Shown piece after piece: positions 50,911 to 63,820 of a stretch of DNA of 64,000 bases. The DNA is taken from NCBI GenBank assembly GCA_030390025.1, contig CM059432.1, positions 88,104,001 through 88,168,000 on the forward strand, in the 5' to 3' direction. The notes under the pieces are model-generated. The model was not told the origin of the DNA and did no database searches. It worked only from the letters and a program-made list of their open reading frames with translations. The position numbers were made by a program, and so were the translations under genes. The DNA is from Squalus acanthias. Its lineage: Eukaryota. The stretch's first letter is position 1. Each line of letters starts with the position of its first letter.

Positions 50911-52025
50911 TCCCCAGCCAGGGGAAACATCCTCCCTGCATCTACCCTGTCAGGTCCTGTAAGAATTTTGTAAGTTTCAATGAGATCACCTCTCATTCTT
51001 CTGAATATAGGCCCAGTCTACTCAATCTCTCCTCATAGGACAATCCTCCCATCCCAAGAACCAGTCTGGTGAACCTTCGTTGCACTTCCACTATGTCAAG
51101 TATATCCTTCCTTAGGTAAGGAGACCAAAACTGTATACAATACTCCAGGTGTGATCTCACCAGGGCCCTATATAATTGCAGTAAGATGTCTTTACTCTTA
51201 CACTCAAATCCTCTTGTAATCAGGCCAACATACCATTTGCTTTCCTAATTGCTTGCTTTACCTGCATGTTAACTTTCAGTGATTCGTGTACAAGGACATC
51301 CAGGTCCCTCTGAACACCAACATTTCCCAATCTCTCACCATTTAAAAAACACTCTATTTTCTATTTTTCCTACCAAAGTGGATAACTTCACATTTCTCCA
51401 CATTATATTCCATTTGCCATGTTCTTGCCCTCTCACTTAGCCTGTCTATATCCCCTTGAAGTCTTCTTGCATCCTCCTCATAACTTACATTCCCACCCAG
51501 CTTTGTATCATCAGCAAATTTGGATATATTACATTTGGTCCCCTCATCCAAATCATTGATGTAGATTGGGAATAGCTGAGGCCCAAGCATTGATCCTTGC
51601 GGTACCCCACTAGTTACAGCCTGCCAACCCGAAAATGACCCGTTTATTCCTACTCTCTGTTTTCTGTCCGTTAACCAATCCTCAATCCATGCATGTATAT
51701 TACCCCCAATCCCATGAGCCCTAATTTTGTTCAATAACCTCTTGTGTGGCACCTTATTGAATGCCTTCTGAAAATCCAAATACACCACATCCACTGGTTC
51801 ACCCTTATCTATTCTGCTAGTTACAACCTCAAAGAACTCTAACAGATTCGTCAAACATGATTTCCCTTTCATAAATCCATGTTGAGTCTGCCCATTCATA
51901 TTATTATTTTCTAAGTGACCTGTTACCACGTCCTTAATAATAGATTCTAGCATTTTCCCTACTACTGATGGCAGGCTAACTGGTCTGTAGTTCCCTGTTC
52001 TCTCTCTCCCTCCTTTCTTAAATAG
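50911..52025 (-). mobile_element. CR1 LINE RT fragment
   Basis: NYRPVSL, YLDFQKAF, FADDTKL. Confidence 0.9.
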
Positions 52026-52179
52026 TGTGGTGTGAATGTTAATTGCCACTTATCAGACCAAGCCTGAATGTTGTCCAGGTCTTGCTGCATGCAGGCATAG
52101 TCTGCTTCATTATCTGAGGAGTTGCGAATGGATTTGAATACTGTGCAATCATCAGCGAACATCCCCACTTCTGACCTTA

Positions 52180-53406
52180 TGTAAGGGGTTTTTGACTCGG
52201 GCTTATTTGTAGGTCAGCCAGTTATGTTTTCCTGGACTGTACTGCCCGCTGTGCGGTTGCGAATCGCTATCCCCTTTATTAGTTCTGAGCCCAGAACTTA
52301 TCGAGCGGCGATAAGGACAAACGAACAGACCCGTGGATTGGTGAAAGGAAAACCAATGTTTATTTAACAGAGATGAAACCTAACATGTCAATCTTAACTT
52401 CGGTATAAACGAGGGAAATGACAGTAGAACAATACCTCACCCCTCCCAACCCCACTTTACTAGCTAAGTTAGACTCTTGAGGACCAGGGATAATGCTCAC
52501 CAAACGAATCCTTTGACAGTTGAGATATGGTTTAAAGTCCTCTTAAGTAAAAAGTTTCATAAGGCCCTTGTGCCTCGAGGTGTTTGATGGTCACTGGAAC
52601 TGTTGCTCTGGTTTCTTGCGTGTCGGTCTGTTTCTGGAGCTGCTGGCCTTCTTTGTTGAACGGTCTTGTTTCTGTTGAACTGTGTACTGGAGAACTCCTG
52701 TGCTTCAGCTGTTCTGCTTGTGGCCTCTCTGTGTAGAACTCCTGCTTGTTCCAGCACAGGTCTCTGTAGCCCTCGGCTTGTAGAACTCGTCTCTCTCCCC
52801 CTCCAGCTTGTTCCAGTCTAAAGTTATACTGTTCGATTGTTCCTTATTTGCCCGCCAAATCTTCCCAGTGCTTTGTTTAATTCTGGTGGGCTCGTTAAGG
52901 TAGTTAACTTTAATGGCAGGAGATGGCCTTTAACGATATTAAATATTTGTTAAGTGGAGGATGATTGCTGGTCTGATGGTTGTTCATTTGTGTTGCCTTT
53001 ACTTCTTTGTATAAATGCTAAACAGTTTGATGGGGCTGGAGACAGGCCGATCACCTGTAATATACAACATTGTCTGTAGAGGCCAGCCCCGCCTCCTTTG
53101 GCAGCCTGTACTGAGGTCTGTTTAAAAATGTTTTAAAATGTCCCTGGTCCAATATACTCAATTGGTTTTAAAATGTCCAAAGCCCCTTTTTCTTAGGGTC
53201 TCTCTCTTTTCCTCTGAGTCTTTTGGGGGTCTGGGAATTTCGCAACTCTCTTACAGACCCAGGCATGCCACCTGGCCTGCTGTTTTTGCAGGGCCCTGGT
53301 TTCTGTTCAATGTCGCAGGCATCTGTCACGAGGTCTAGAAGCCACTTTGTCGAGGGTACCCCTTATTAATAACTCTGGGGAATGTGGGAATTTTGAGAAC
53401 CCTACA
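52180..53406 (-). repeat. solo LTR related to 22908-24341
   Basis: TGTAAG...CCTACA, 5-bp TSD CCTTA; the R-like block is the reverse complement of 23870-24120. Confidence 0.88.
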
Positions 53407-55185
53407 CCTTATGATGGAGGGATGGTCATTGATGAAACAGCTGAAGATGGTTGGGCCTAGGACACTGCCCTGAGGAACTCCTGCAGCGATGTCCTGGGGC
53501 TGAGATGATTGGCCTCCAGCAACCACAACCATTTACCTTTGTGCTAGGTATGACTCCATCCAATGGAGAGTTTTCCCCCTGATTCCCATTGACTTCAATT
53601 TTACTAGGGCTCCTTGATGCCACACTCGGTCAAATGCTGCCTTGACGTCAAGGGCAGTCACTATCATCTCACCTCTGGAATTGAGCTCTTTTGTCCATAT
53701 TTGGACCAAGGCTGTAATGAGGTCTGGAGCCAAGTGTCCTGGCGGAACCTAAACTTAGCATCGGTGAGCAGGTTAGAATCATAGAATCATCGAATGGTTA
53801 TAGCACGGAAGAAGGCCATTCGGCCCATCGAGCCCATGCCGGCTCTCTGCAAGAGCATTTCAGCTAGTCCCACTCCCCTGCCCTTTCCCTGTAGCCCTGC
53901 AACTTTCTTTCCTTCAGATACTTATCCAACTCCCTTTTGAAAGCCGTGATTGAGTCTGCCTCCACCACCCTTTCAGGCAGTGCATTCCAGATCTTAACCA
54001 CTCAATACGTAAAAAAGTTTTTTCTTACATCACCTTTGGTTCTTTTGCCAATCATTTTAAATCTGTGTCCTCTGGTTCTCGACCCTTCTGCCAATGGGAA
54101 CAGTTTCCCTCTATCTACTCTGTCCAGACCCCTCATGATTTTGAACTCCTTTATCAAATCTCCTCTCAATCTTCTCTGCTCCAAGGAGAACAACTCCAGC
54201 TTTTCCAGTCTATCAACGTAACTGAAGTCCCTCATTCCTGGAATCAATCTTGTAAATCTTTTCTGCACTGTCTCTAAGGCTTTCACATCCTTCCTAAAGT
54301 GTGATGCCCAGAATTGGACACAGTACTCCAGTTGGTGTGAACCAGTGTTTTATACAGGTTCATCATAATTTCCACACTTTTGTACTCTATACCTCTATTT
54401 ATGAAGCCCAGGGTCCCATAAGCCTTTTTAACTGCTTTCTCAACCTGCCTGTCACCTTCAACGATTTGTGCACACATACCCCCAGGTCCCTCTGTTCGTG
54501 CACCCCATTCAGGATTGTACCCTTTCATTTATATGTCCGCTCCTCATTCTTTCTACCAAAATGTATCACTTCACACTTTTCTGCGTTAAACTTCATCTAC
54601 CACATGTCCGCCCATATTATCAGCCTGTCTATGTCTTCCTGAAGTCTATCACTATCCTCCTCACTGTTCACTATACTTCCAAGTTTTGTATCATCTACAA
54701 ATTTTGAAATTGTGCCCTGTACACCCACGTCCAAGTCATTATATCAAGAAAAGCAGTGGTCCTAATACCGACCCCTGGGGAACACCACTGTGCACCTTCC
54801 TCCAGTCCGAAAAGCAACCGTTCACTACTACTCTCTGTTTCCTGTCACTTAGCCAATTCCGTATCCATGCTGCCACTGTCCCTTTTATTCCATGGGCTTC
54901 AACTTTGCTGGCAAGCCTGTTATGTGGCACTTTGTCGAACGCCTTTTGGAAATCCATATACACTATGTCAACCGCATTACCCTCATCAACCCTTTCTGTT
55001 ACCTCATCAAAGAACTCAATCAAGTTAGTTAAACACAATTTGCCTTTAACAAATCCGTGCTGGCTTTCCTTAATTAATCCACGCCTGTCCAAGTAACTGT
55101 TAATTTTGTCCCTGATTACTGTTTCTAAAAGCTTCCTCACTACCGAGGTCAAACTGACTGACCTGTAGTTGCTGGGTTTACACCC

Positions 55186-55379
55186 TGTGGTAACACAATA
55201 CAGCTTCCTGTGACTCGAACTTTATTACATCACTTCCTGTGATTAGTCCAGGATAAATACTGGGCTGATCAGTTGGATCCTGGAGAGGCATAGAGTAAGA
55301 CCTCTTTTGTATGTAGCACCTTTTTAGTTGATTAAAGCTTACTTTAAGTTCACCACGCGTAAGGCTCATTCTTACGACA
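55186..55379 (+). repeat. 194-bp 5' LTR
   Basis: TGTGGTAA ... TTACGACA (7/8 inverted match); ATTAAA at 55331. Confidence 0.8.
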
Positions 55380-55457
55380 ATTTAATCAACTTTGAAAAAC
55401 TTCGCACTCAAACTTTTTGGACGAACTCGGAACTAAGGATCCAGGGAATCACCCATC

Positions 55458-58400
55458 ATGGAAAACATCCTTAAACCATCGCGTCTTGACTTGGACCCAA
55501 ACACCCCAGCAGCCGGTAAGGTGTGGAAACACTGGTATCGCACGTTTGACAATTTTCTTGAATATTGCAAGGCTGATGATGACTCAAAATTGCGGATACT
55601 CATCAACTGTGTCACCCCGAATGTATTTCAGTATGTCGAGGAATGGGGCAGTTACGAGGAGGCAATTCGGACGCTTAAAAGACTATATACTAAGACACCG
55701 AATGAGGTCTATGCCAGACATCTACTAGCTACAGCCCAACAAGGGCCGGAGGAATCCATTGATAAATTCCTCCAAGAGCTTCGCAGACTTAGTATGGACT
55801 GTAACTTTCAGGCGGCCTCAGCTGAGCTGTACCGTGAAGAAATGATCCGTGATGCTTTCATCTGCGGGCTTGCCTCCCCATTTATACGCCAGCGTCTACT
55901 GGAAAGTAAGACACTTGAGCTTCAGAGAGCTTATGACATGGCTTGCTCTCTAGATCTGGCAAAAAGAAATGCAGACCTTTATACAGTGCCCAGACCTCGG
56001 TCTGCTGCCTTAACTACAGTCAGGCAATTTAAGAGGCCACAGGTGAACTCTATTAGGGAGGACTTTATCCCTGACGATCAATCTGATGACTTCACTGATG
56101 AAGAGGATGATGACCCCACTGTGGCAGCCTCTTGGCAATCTAAGAAATGCTTCTTTTGTGGTGATGAGTTTCACCCTCGGAAATTCTGCCCTGCTAGCAA
56201 TGCGTTTTTCAGTCATTGCAACAAAAAGGGTCATTTTGCAAAGGTTTGCCTATCAAGAGCCTCTACGAGGGCTTATCAAGCTAAGTCCTACCGAACTGCC
56301 CCGGTAAGGGCCTATCAAGATGTTCCGGCTAAAATCTATCGTGCTTCCTCTCGGGTTTTCTCTCGAAGAAACACACCTAGAGTTTTAGCCACTCTTTGTG
56401 CAACGACACCAATTACAGCTGCTTGTCCTCAGAACCTATTCCATGCAGCTACAAAAGCATCAATTAATGGACATACTTTAGATGCCTTAATTGACTCAGG
56501 TAGCACTGATAGTTTCATTAGGGAACAGATTGTTGCAGAGTTAAAGCTACATGTTTTCCCATCGGACCAGGCAATTGCGATGGCTCAGTCATCACTTAAT
56601 ACCAGAATTTCTGGCTTTTGTATGGTTGAAATAACACTTAATGGTCACAGGTATCCCTCCACCCGGCTTTCGGTGCTCAAGGACTTATGTAGTGATCTTA
56701 TCTTAGGGCTAGATTTTCAAAAGCAGCATAAGAAGCTCACCATTGAGTTCGGCGGATCCAAACCTGAACTCACTATTTCTAATATACGACCTCGATTACC
56801 GTTCTGTGCATTGTCAGCAGCTTCACTGGATGAACCCTCACTGTTTACCAGTATCCCTCCTCGATGCAAACCGATTATAACAAAGTCACGACGTTTCAGT
56901 CAGGAAGACCAGTCTTTTATTGCGGCTGAGATTTCTCGGCTTTTAGCAGAGGATATCATCGAGCCTTGTTCGTCGCCATGGCGCGCCCAGGTCGTTATTG
57001 TTAAGAACCCTCTACAACCTCACAAGAAACGGCTGTGCATTGACTATTCACAGACCATCAATCAATATACGGACTTGGACGCATACCCATTGCCGCGCAT
57101 CGATGATATGGTTAATAAACTGGCTGAGTACACGGTGTTCTCAACATATGATCTGAAAAGTGCCTATCATCAGGTACCCTTGAAGGTCTCAGACAAGCAG
57201 TATACGGCCTTTGAAGCCAATGGACGGCTGTATCAATTTCGTCGCCTCCCCTTTGGGGTCACTAATGGAGTGGCTGTCTTCCAGCGAGCAATGGATGACC
57301 TGGTCAAACAGGAAGACTTAAAGGATACGTTTCCTTATCTGGACAATATTACTGTCGCAGGGCGCAATCAGCGGGAACATGACGCCAATCTCCAACGATT
57401 TTGGGATGCACTCCAGCACCGTAATTTGACATTAAATGCGGCTAAATCCATTGAGTCACAACCAACCATCAACATCCTTGGCTATTGTGTGGGCAATGGC
57501 ATCATTAAACCTGACCCTGAAAGGCTTCGCCCACTCCAAGAACTCCCGCCACCTAAGAATCCGGCCTCCTTGCGCCGGGCCCTCGGCCTGTTTGCATACT
57601 ATGCTAAATGGATTCCTAACTTCTCGGACTGAATCCAACCTCTACTGAAGGCCAGCACATTCCCACTAGACACAGCGGCTGTTGCAGCCTTTAACCTCCT
57701 GAAAAAACAGTTGGAGAAAGCGGCTCTTCACTCCATCGATGAGAGTCTTCCTTTTGTTGTTGAGTGTGATGCCTCGGAGGTGGCGATCTCAGCCACTCTG
57801 AATCAGGATGGTCGTCCGGTGGCATTTTTGTCCAGGACTTTTCAAGGGGCTAAGCTACATTATCCTCCAGTCGAGAAAGAAGCTACAGCCATCATAGAGG
57901 CAGTACGGAAGTGGAGTCATCTCCTAGCTCGCCAGCACTTTACCTTAATCACGGACCAGCGATCGGTCGCCTTCATGCTCGATAATCGAAAATGGACCAA
58001 AATTAAAAATAATAAAATCCAGCTTCGGCGGCTGGAATTGGCCTCTTTTGGTTACACCATCCACTATCGACCTGGCAAGGAGAATGTGGCTCCGGATACC
58101 CTCACACGAGCATTCTGCTCCGCCATGGCACCCTCTACGCTCGTAGACATCCATGATGGGTTGTGTCATCCGGGCGTTACTCGCATGCTACACTTCGTGC
58201 GGTCCCGAAATCTCCCATTCTCTACCGGGGATGTAAAGAAGATGTGCTCGGACTGCAGAGTCTGTGCGGAATTGAAACCTCAGTTTTTCCGCCCCTCGGG
58301 TGGTATACTCATACATGCGACCCAGCCAATGCAACGGCTTAGCATCGATTTTAAGGGGCCGTTGCCCTCTTCAACTCGCAACACTTATCTATTGACCATG

Positions 58401-59220
58401 GTTGATGAGTATTCCCGTTTTCCGTTTGCCTTTCCCTGCCCCAATATGCTGACGACCACGGTTATCAGCTGCCTTGAGCAGGTATTTGCTTTCTGTGGCA
58501 TGGCATCCTATGTTCATTCGGATCGGGGACCTTCTTTTATGTCAGGAGAACTCAAGGCCTATCTCTCGGAACGGGGTATTGCTGCCAGCAGAACGACGCC
58601 TTATCATCCGGTCGGGAATGGGCAAGTCGAGCGTTTTAACGCTATCATCTGGAATGCGGTACGTCTGGCTTTGAGATCTCGGGGCCTACCCAACCAGCAA
58701 TAGGAAGCAGTACTTCCAGACGCATTACACTCCACACGGTCCCTCCTTTCGACCGCCACAAATACGACGCCTCATGAACGGTTCTTCCGATTTCAGCGTC
58801 GCTCATCCTATGGGATATCTCTCCCATCGTGGCTGACTGCACCGGGACCAGTGCTACTCCGAAGATATGTTCGGGCGTCTAAGAATGACCCCCTGGTAGA
58901 TGAGGTTGAGCTCACTGACGTCAACCCTACCTACGCCTATATTCGGTATCCTGATGGTCGGGAATCTACCGTGTCATTGCGGGATCTGGCTCCCTGCCCG
59001 CCGAAACATAGAGGGATACCAGGGGATGATATTGTACCAGGCACATCTCTGGGCTCGCCAGGTGCCTCTCATCACGATCTGGATCTGACGCCGGCTGGTA
59101 CCTCACTCCAGCGTGCCGACCTGGGGCAAACTGACTATGAGCCCGTCGGGGCTCGCACGCGCAGCCACGATCCACCCCGTACCATATGCTCGGAAACGGA
59201 TCTGCCACAGCCCTGCCCGA
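55458..59220 (+). pseudogene. gag-pol: single-frame gag-pol with two nonsense codons (TGA 57630, TAG 58701)
   Basis: ORFs at 55458, 57711 and 58851 share one frame; CCHC knuckles, LIDSGS, LPFG, YLDN, CDAS/EKEA/TDQ RNase H, HHCC and D-D-E integrase. Confidence 0.92.
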
Positions 59221-61137
59221 CACCCGTTTTTTGAACATTGGTGTAACATTTGCAATTCTCCAGTCCTCTGGCACCACCCCCATATCTAAGAAGGATTGGA
59301 ATATTATGGCTAGTACCTCTGCGATTTCCTCCCTCAATTCCCTCAGCATCCTAGGATGCATCCCATCCACTCCTGGTGATTTATCTACTTTAAGTACAGC
59401 CAGCCTTTCTAATACCTCCTTTTTTATCAATTTTTATCCTATGAAGTATCTTCACTACCTCCTCCTTCATTATGTCTATGGCAGCATCCTCTTCCTTGGT
59501 GAAGACAGATGCAAAGTGCTCGTTTAGTACCTCAGCCATACCCTCTGCCTCCATGCAAATGTCTCCTTTTTGGTCCCTAATTGGCCCCCACCCTTACTAC
59601 CCTTTTACTATTTATATGCTTATAGAAGACATTTGGATTACCTTTTATGTTGGCTGACATTCTATTCTCAAACCCTCTTTTAGCCCCTCTTATTTTTTTT
59701 CACTTCTCCTCTGACCTTTCTATATTTAGCCTGATTCTCAGATGTATTTGCAACCTGACATCTTTCATACGCGCTCTTTTTCTGCTTAATCATATTCTCT
59801 ATCTCTTTCGTCATCCAGGGAGCCCGGACATTAATTGTCCTGTCTTTCCCCCTCGTGAGAATGTACCTCAACTGTACCTGAACTATTTCCTCTTTAAATG
59901 CAGCCCATTGTTCCATTATAGTTTTGCCTGCCAATCTTTGATTCCAGTTTACCCGGGCCAGATCCGTTCTCATCCCACTCAAATTGACCTTCCCCCAGTT
60001 AAACATTTTTACGCCAGATTGCTCCCTGTCCTTTTCCATAGCTAATCTAAACCTTATGATACTATGATCACTGTTCCCTAAATGTTCACCTACTGGCAGT
60101 TGCTCCACTTGACCTACCTCATTCCCCAGAACCAGGTCCAGCAATGTCTCCTCCCTCGTCGGGCTGGAAACACACTGATCAAGAAAGATCTCCTGAACAC
60201 ACTTCAGAAATTCTTCCCCTTCTCCGCTCTTAACACTATTACGATCCCAGTCTAGATTAGATTATTGGTGAGTAAGTGCCGCACTGTCGACGACACCTTC
60301 CATAATTTTGCTGATGATTGAGAGTAGACTGATAGGGCGGTAATTGGCCAGGTTGGATTTGTCCTGAATTTTGTGGACAGGACATACCTGGGCAGTTTTC
60401 TACATTGTCAGGTAGATGTCAGTTTTGTAGCTGTACTGGAACAGCTTGACCAGAGGTGCGGCTAGTTCTGGAGCACAAGTCTTCAGCTCAACAGCCGGAA
60501 TATTGTCGGGGCCCATAGCCTTTGCTGTATTCAGTGCGCTCAGCCGTTTCTTGATATCACGTGGAGTGAATCGAATTGGCTGAAGACTGGCTTCTGTGAT
60601 GGTGGGGACCCCAGGAGGAGGCTAAGATGGATCATCCACTCGGCACTTCTGGCTGAAGATAGTTGCAAATGCTTCAGCCTTGTCTTTTGCACTCAGGTGC
60701 TAGGCTCCACCATCATTGAGGATGGGGATGTTCATGGAGCCTCCGCCTCCCGTTAGTTGTTTAATTGTCCACGATCATTCATGACTGGATGAGGCAGGAC
60801 TGCAGAGCTTTGATCTGACCCATTAGTTGTGAGATCGCTTAGCTCTGTCTGCAGCATGCTGTTTCCGCTTTTTTGCATGCATGTAGTCCTGTGTTGCAGT
60901 TTCCCCAGGTTGGCACCTCATTTTTAGGTACACCTGGTGCTGCTCCTGACATGCTCTTCAACACTCTTTATTGAACCAGGGTTGGTCCCCTGGCTTGATG
61001 GTAATGGTAGAGTGTGGAATATGCTGGGCCATGAGGTTACAGATTGTGGAATACAATACTGCTGCTGCTGATGGCCCACAGCGCCTCTTGGATGCCCAGT
61101 TTTGAGCTGCTAGATCTGTTCTGAATCTATCCCATTT

Positions 61138-61276
61138 TGGTCATGATGTGGAGATGCCGGCGTTGGACTGGGGTGGACAAAAATGAGAAGTCGCACAACA
61201 CCAGGTTATAGTCCAACAGATTTATTTAAAATAAATCTGTTGGACTATAACCTGGTGTTGTGCGACTTCTCATTTT
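61138..61276. mobile_element. short Penelope-like insertion containing a perfect palindrome
   Basis: 49-bp arms 61179-61227 / 61229-61277; 10-bp duplication TATCCCATTT (61128-61137 / 61277-61286). Confidence 0.7.
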
Positions 61277-61387
61277 TATCCCATTTAGCACAGTGACGGT
61301 GCCACACAAATTGATGGAGGGTGTCCTCAGTGTGAAGACGGGACTTCGTCTCCACAAGGACTGTGCGGTGGTCACTGCTACCAATAC

Positions 61388-61703
61388 TCACAGAATCACA
61401 GAATCCCCACAGTGCAGATAGAGGCCATTTCGGCCCATCGAGCCTGCACCGACACATATCCCACCCTATCCCCGTAACCCCACGTATTTAATCCCCCCTA
61501 ACACTAAGGGTCAATTTATCATAGCCAAATCAACCTAACCCACACATCTTTGGACTGTGGGAGGAAACCGGAGCACCCGGAGGAAACCCACGCAGACACG
61601 GGGAGAATATGCAAACTCCACACAGACAGTCACCCGAGGCCGGATTCGAACCCGGGTCCCTGGCGCTGTGAGGCAACAGTGCTAACCACTATGCCACCGT
61701 GTT
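61388..61703 (-). mobile_element. tRNA-derived V-SINE (HE1-like)
   Basis: Minus-strand A box TGGCATAGTGG and B box GGTTCGAATCC; V-domain GTGGGTTTCCTCCGGGTGCTCCGGTTTCCTCCCAC; CR1-like tail. Confidence 0.85.
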
Positions 61704-62520
61704 GTCAGGGACAGATGCATCTGCAACAGGTAGATTGGTGAGGACGAGGTCAAGTAGGTTTTTCCCTTGTATTGGTTCTCTCACCACCTGCTGCAGGCCC
61801 AGTCTGGCAGTTATGTCCTTCAGGACTCGGCCAGCTCGGTCAGTAGTGGTGCTACCGAGCCATTCTTGGTGATGGACATTGAAGTCCCCCACCCAAAGTA
61901 CATTCTGTGTCCTTGGCACCCTCAGTGCTTCTTCCAAGTGGTGTTCAACATGGAGGAGTGCTGATTCATCAGCTGAGGGAGGGCAGTAGGTGGTAATCAA
62001 CAAGAGGTTTCTTTGCCCATGTTTGACCTGAAGCCATGAGACTTTATGGGGTCCGGAGTCAATGTTGAGGACTCCCAGGGCCACTCACTCCCAACTGTAT
62101 ACCACTGTGTCTCCACCTCTGGTGGGTCTGTCCTGCCGGTGGGACAGGACATACCCAGGGATGGTGATGGAGGAGTCTGGGACATTGACTGAAAGGTATG
62201 ATTCTGTGAGTATCTGGCTGTTGCTTGACTAGTCTGTGGGACAGCTCTCCCAATTTTGGCACAATTTCCCAGATGTTAGTGAGGAGGACCTTGCAGGGTC
62301 GATTGGGCTGGGTGTGCCACTGTCGTGTCCGGAGCCAGTGCCCAGTTCGTTGCTGGGTGGTCCGTCCGGTTTTCTTATTATTATTTCTTGTAGCGGTTTG
62401 TTACAACTGAATGGCTTGCTAGGCCATTTCAGAGGGCAGTTAATAGTCAACAAAATTGCTGTGGGTCTGGACTCACATGTAGGCCAGACCAGGTAACGAC
62501 GGCAGATTTCCTTCCCTAAA

Positions 62521-62690
62521 GTTGGACATCAGAGGTTGGGGAGGTGAGTTGGACATCGAAGATCGGGCGGGGGGGCGCGGAGTCAGTCAATGGAGGTCAG
62601 TCGGGGAATTGGACATTGAAGGTCGGTAGGGGAATTGGACATTAGAGGTCGGGGGAAGTTGGACTTTTGAGGTCGGACATTGGGCATTGA
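62521..62690 (+). repeat. degenerate minisatellite (TTGGACAT..AGGTCGG units)
   Basis: Direct reading of about six imperfect units. Confidence 0.6.
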
Positions 62691-63019
62691 ACCTTAAGGG
62701 TCTGATCGTGGAAGAGAGGTCAGATCAGGAGTGGTTTACAGAGTAGCTTACTGGCCCTGAAGCAGTGCTGGAAAGGCACAGCTGTATTTTACCTGCTACA
62801 TCTAACCGTTCTCCTCTCCCTTCAGCTGCTGGGTCTCCCGTGGCCCAGAAAACCTGGCCTCAGGAGTTAAATGTGAAATAGAGGTTAAATTGAGGCAAGC
62901 AGCCTCAACAAAATATTTTAATGATGGACCCGCTTCCAGAGAGCATGTTAGCCACCTGCCCCCCAACCCGTCTCCGTTAAAACAGGAAGTGGATGGGTTG
63001 GAGATGGGTTTACCATTTT

Positions 63020-63820
63020 TAACAGACTTCAGGAGGACATAGACAGACTAGTGAAATGGGCAGACACATGCAGATGAAATTTAATGCAGAGAAGTGTGAA
63101 GTGATTCATTTGGTACGCAGAATGAAGAGAGGCAATATGAACTAAATGGAACAATTTTAAAGGGGGTGCAGGAATAGAGAGAGCTAGGGGTGCACATACA
63201 CAAGTCTTTGAAGGTGGTAAGACAAGTTGAGAAGGCTATTAAAAAGGCATACAGAATCCATGGCATAAAGTACAAAAACAAGGAAGTTATGGTCAGCCTT
63301 TATAAAACACTGGTTAGGGCCCAGCTGGAATATTGTGTCCAATTCTGGGCACAAGAATGTTACAAGGGCTTCAAGGGTTAAATTATGAGAAAAGATTCCA
63401 TATATTAGGCTCGTAATCCCTGAAATATAGAAGATTACAGGGGTGATTTGATTGAGGTTTTCGGATTTTGAAAGGAATTGATAGGGTAGATAGAGAGAAA
63501 CATTTTCTGCTGGTGTGGGTGTCTAGAACAAGGGGACTTAACCTTAATATCAGAGCCAGGCCATTCAGGAGAGAAGTTAGGAAACACTTCTTCACACAAT
63601 GGGTGGTAGAATTAAGGAACTGTCTCCTACAAAAAGCAGTAGACGATAGCTCAATTCATAATTTTAAATCTGAGATCGATAGACTTTTGCTAGCCAAGGG
63701 TATTAAGGGATATGGAGACAAGGTGGATGGAGTTAGGTCGCAGATCAGCCATGATCTCATTGAATGGCAGAACAGGCTCGAAGGGCTGAATGGCCTACTT
63801 CTGTTCCTATGTTCCTATGT
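63020..63820 (+). mobile_element. CR1 LINE 3' fragment
   Basis: LYKTLVRAQLEYCVQFW, HFFTQ; TTCCTATG tail repeats. Confidence 0.85.

Larger units (their letters stand above)
55186..59220 (+). mobile_element. Ty3/Gypsy LTR retrotransposon lacking the 3' LTR
   Basis: 5' LTR followed by gag-PR-RT-RH-IN order. Confidence 0.92.
53775..60262 (-). mobile_element. CR1 LINE split by the Gypsy element
   Basis: RT peptides at 54739-55152 resume at 59226 (ANVTPMFKK); EN peptide 59680-60144. Confidence 0.85.
52026..62520 (-). mobile_element. LINE family B copy fragmented by nested insertions (pieces 52026-52179, 53407-53774, 60263-62520)
   Basis: Sequence is continuous across the inserts (GAGCAGGTT at 53774 joins ATTGGTGAG near 60264); EN motifs at 61689-62084; 5' UTR at 62400-62520. 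Confidence 0.82.

Noticed and set aside
61640..61703. tRNA gene on the minus strand
   Set aside because: Head of a V-SINE followed by V-domain and LINE tail
62521..62690. CRISPR-like repeat array
   Set aside because: Degenerate eukaryotic minisatellite without unique spacers or cas genes
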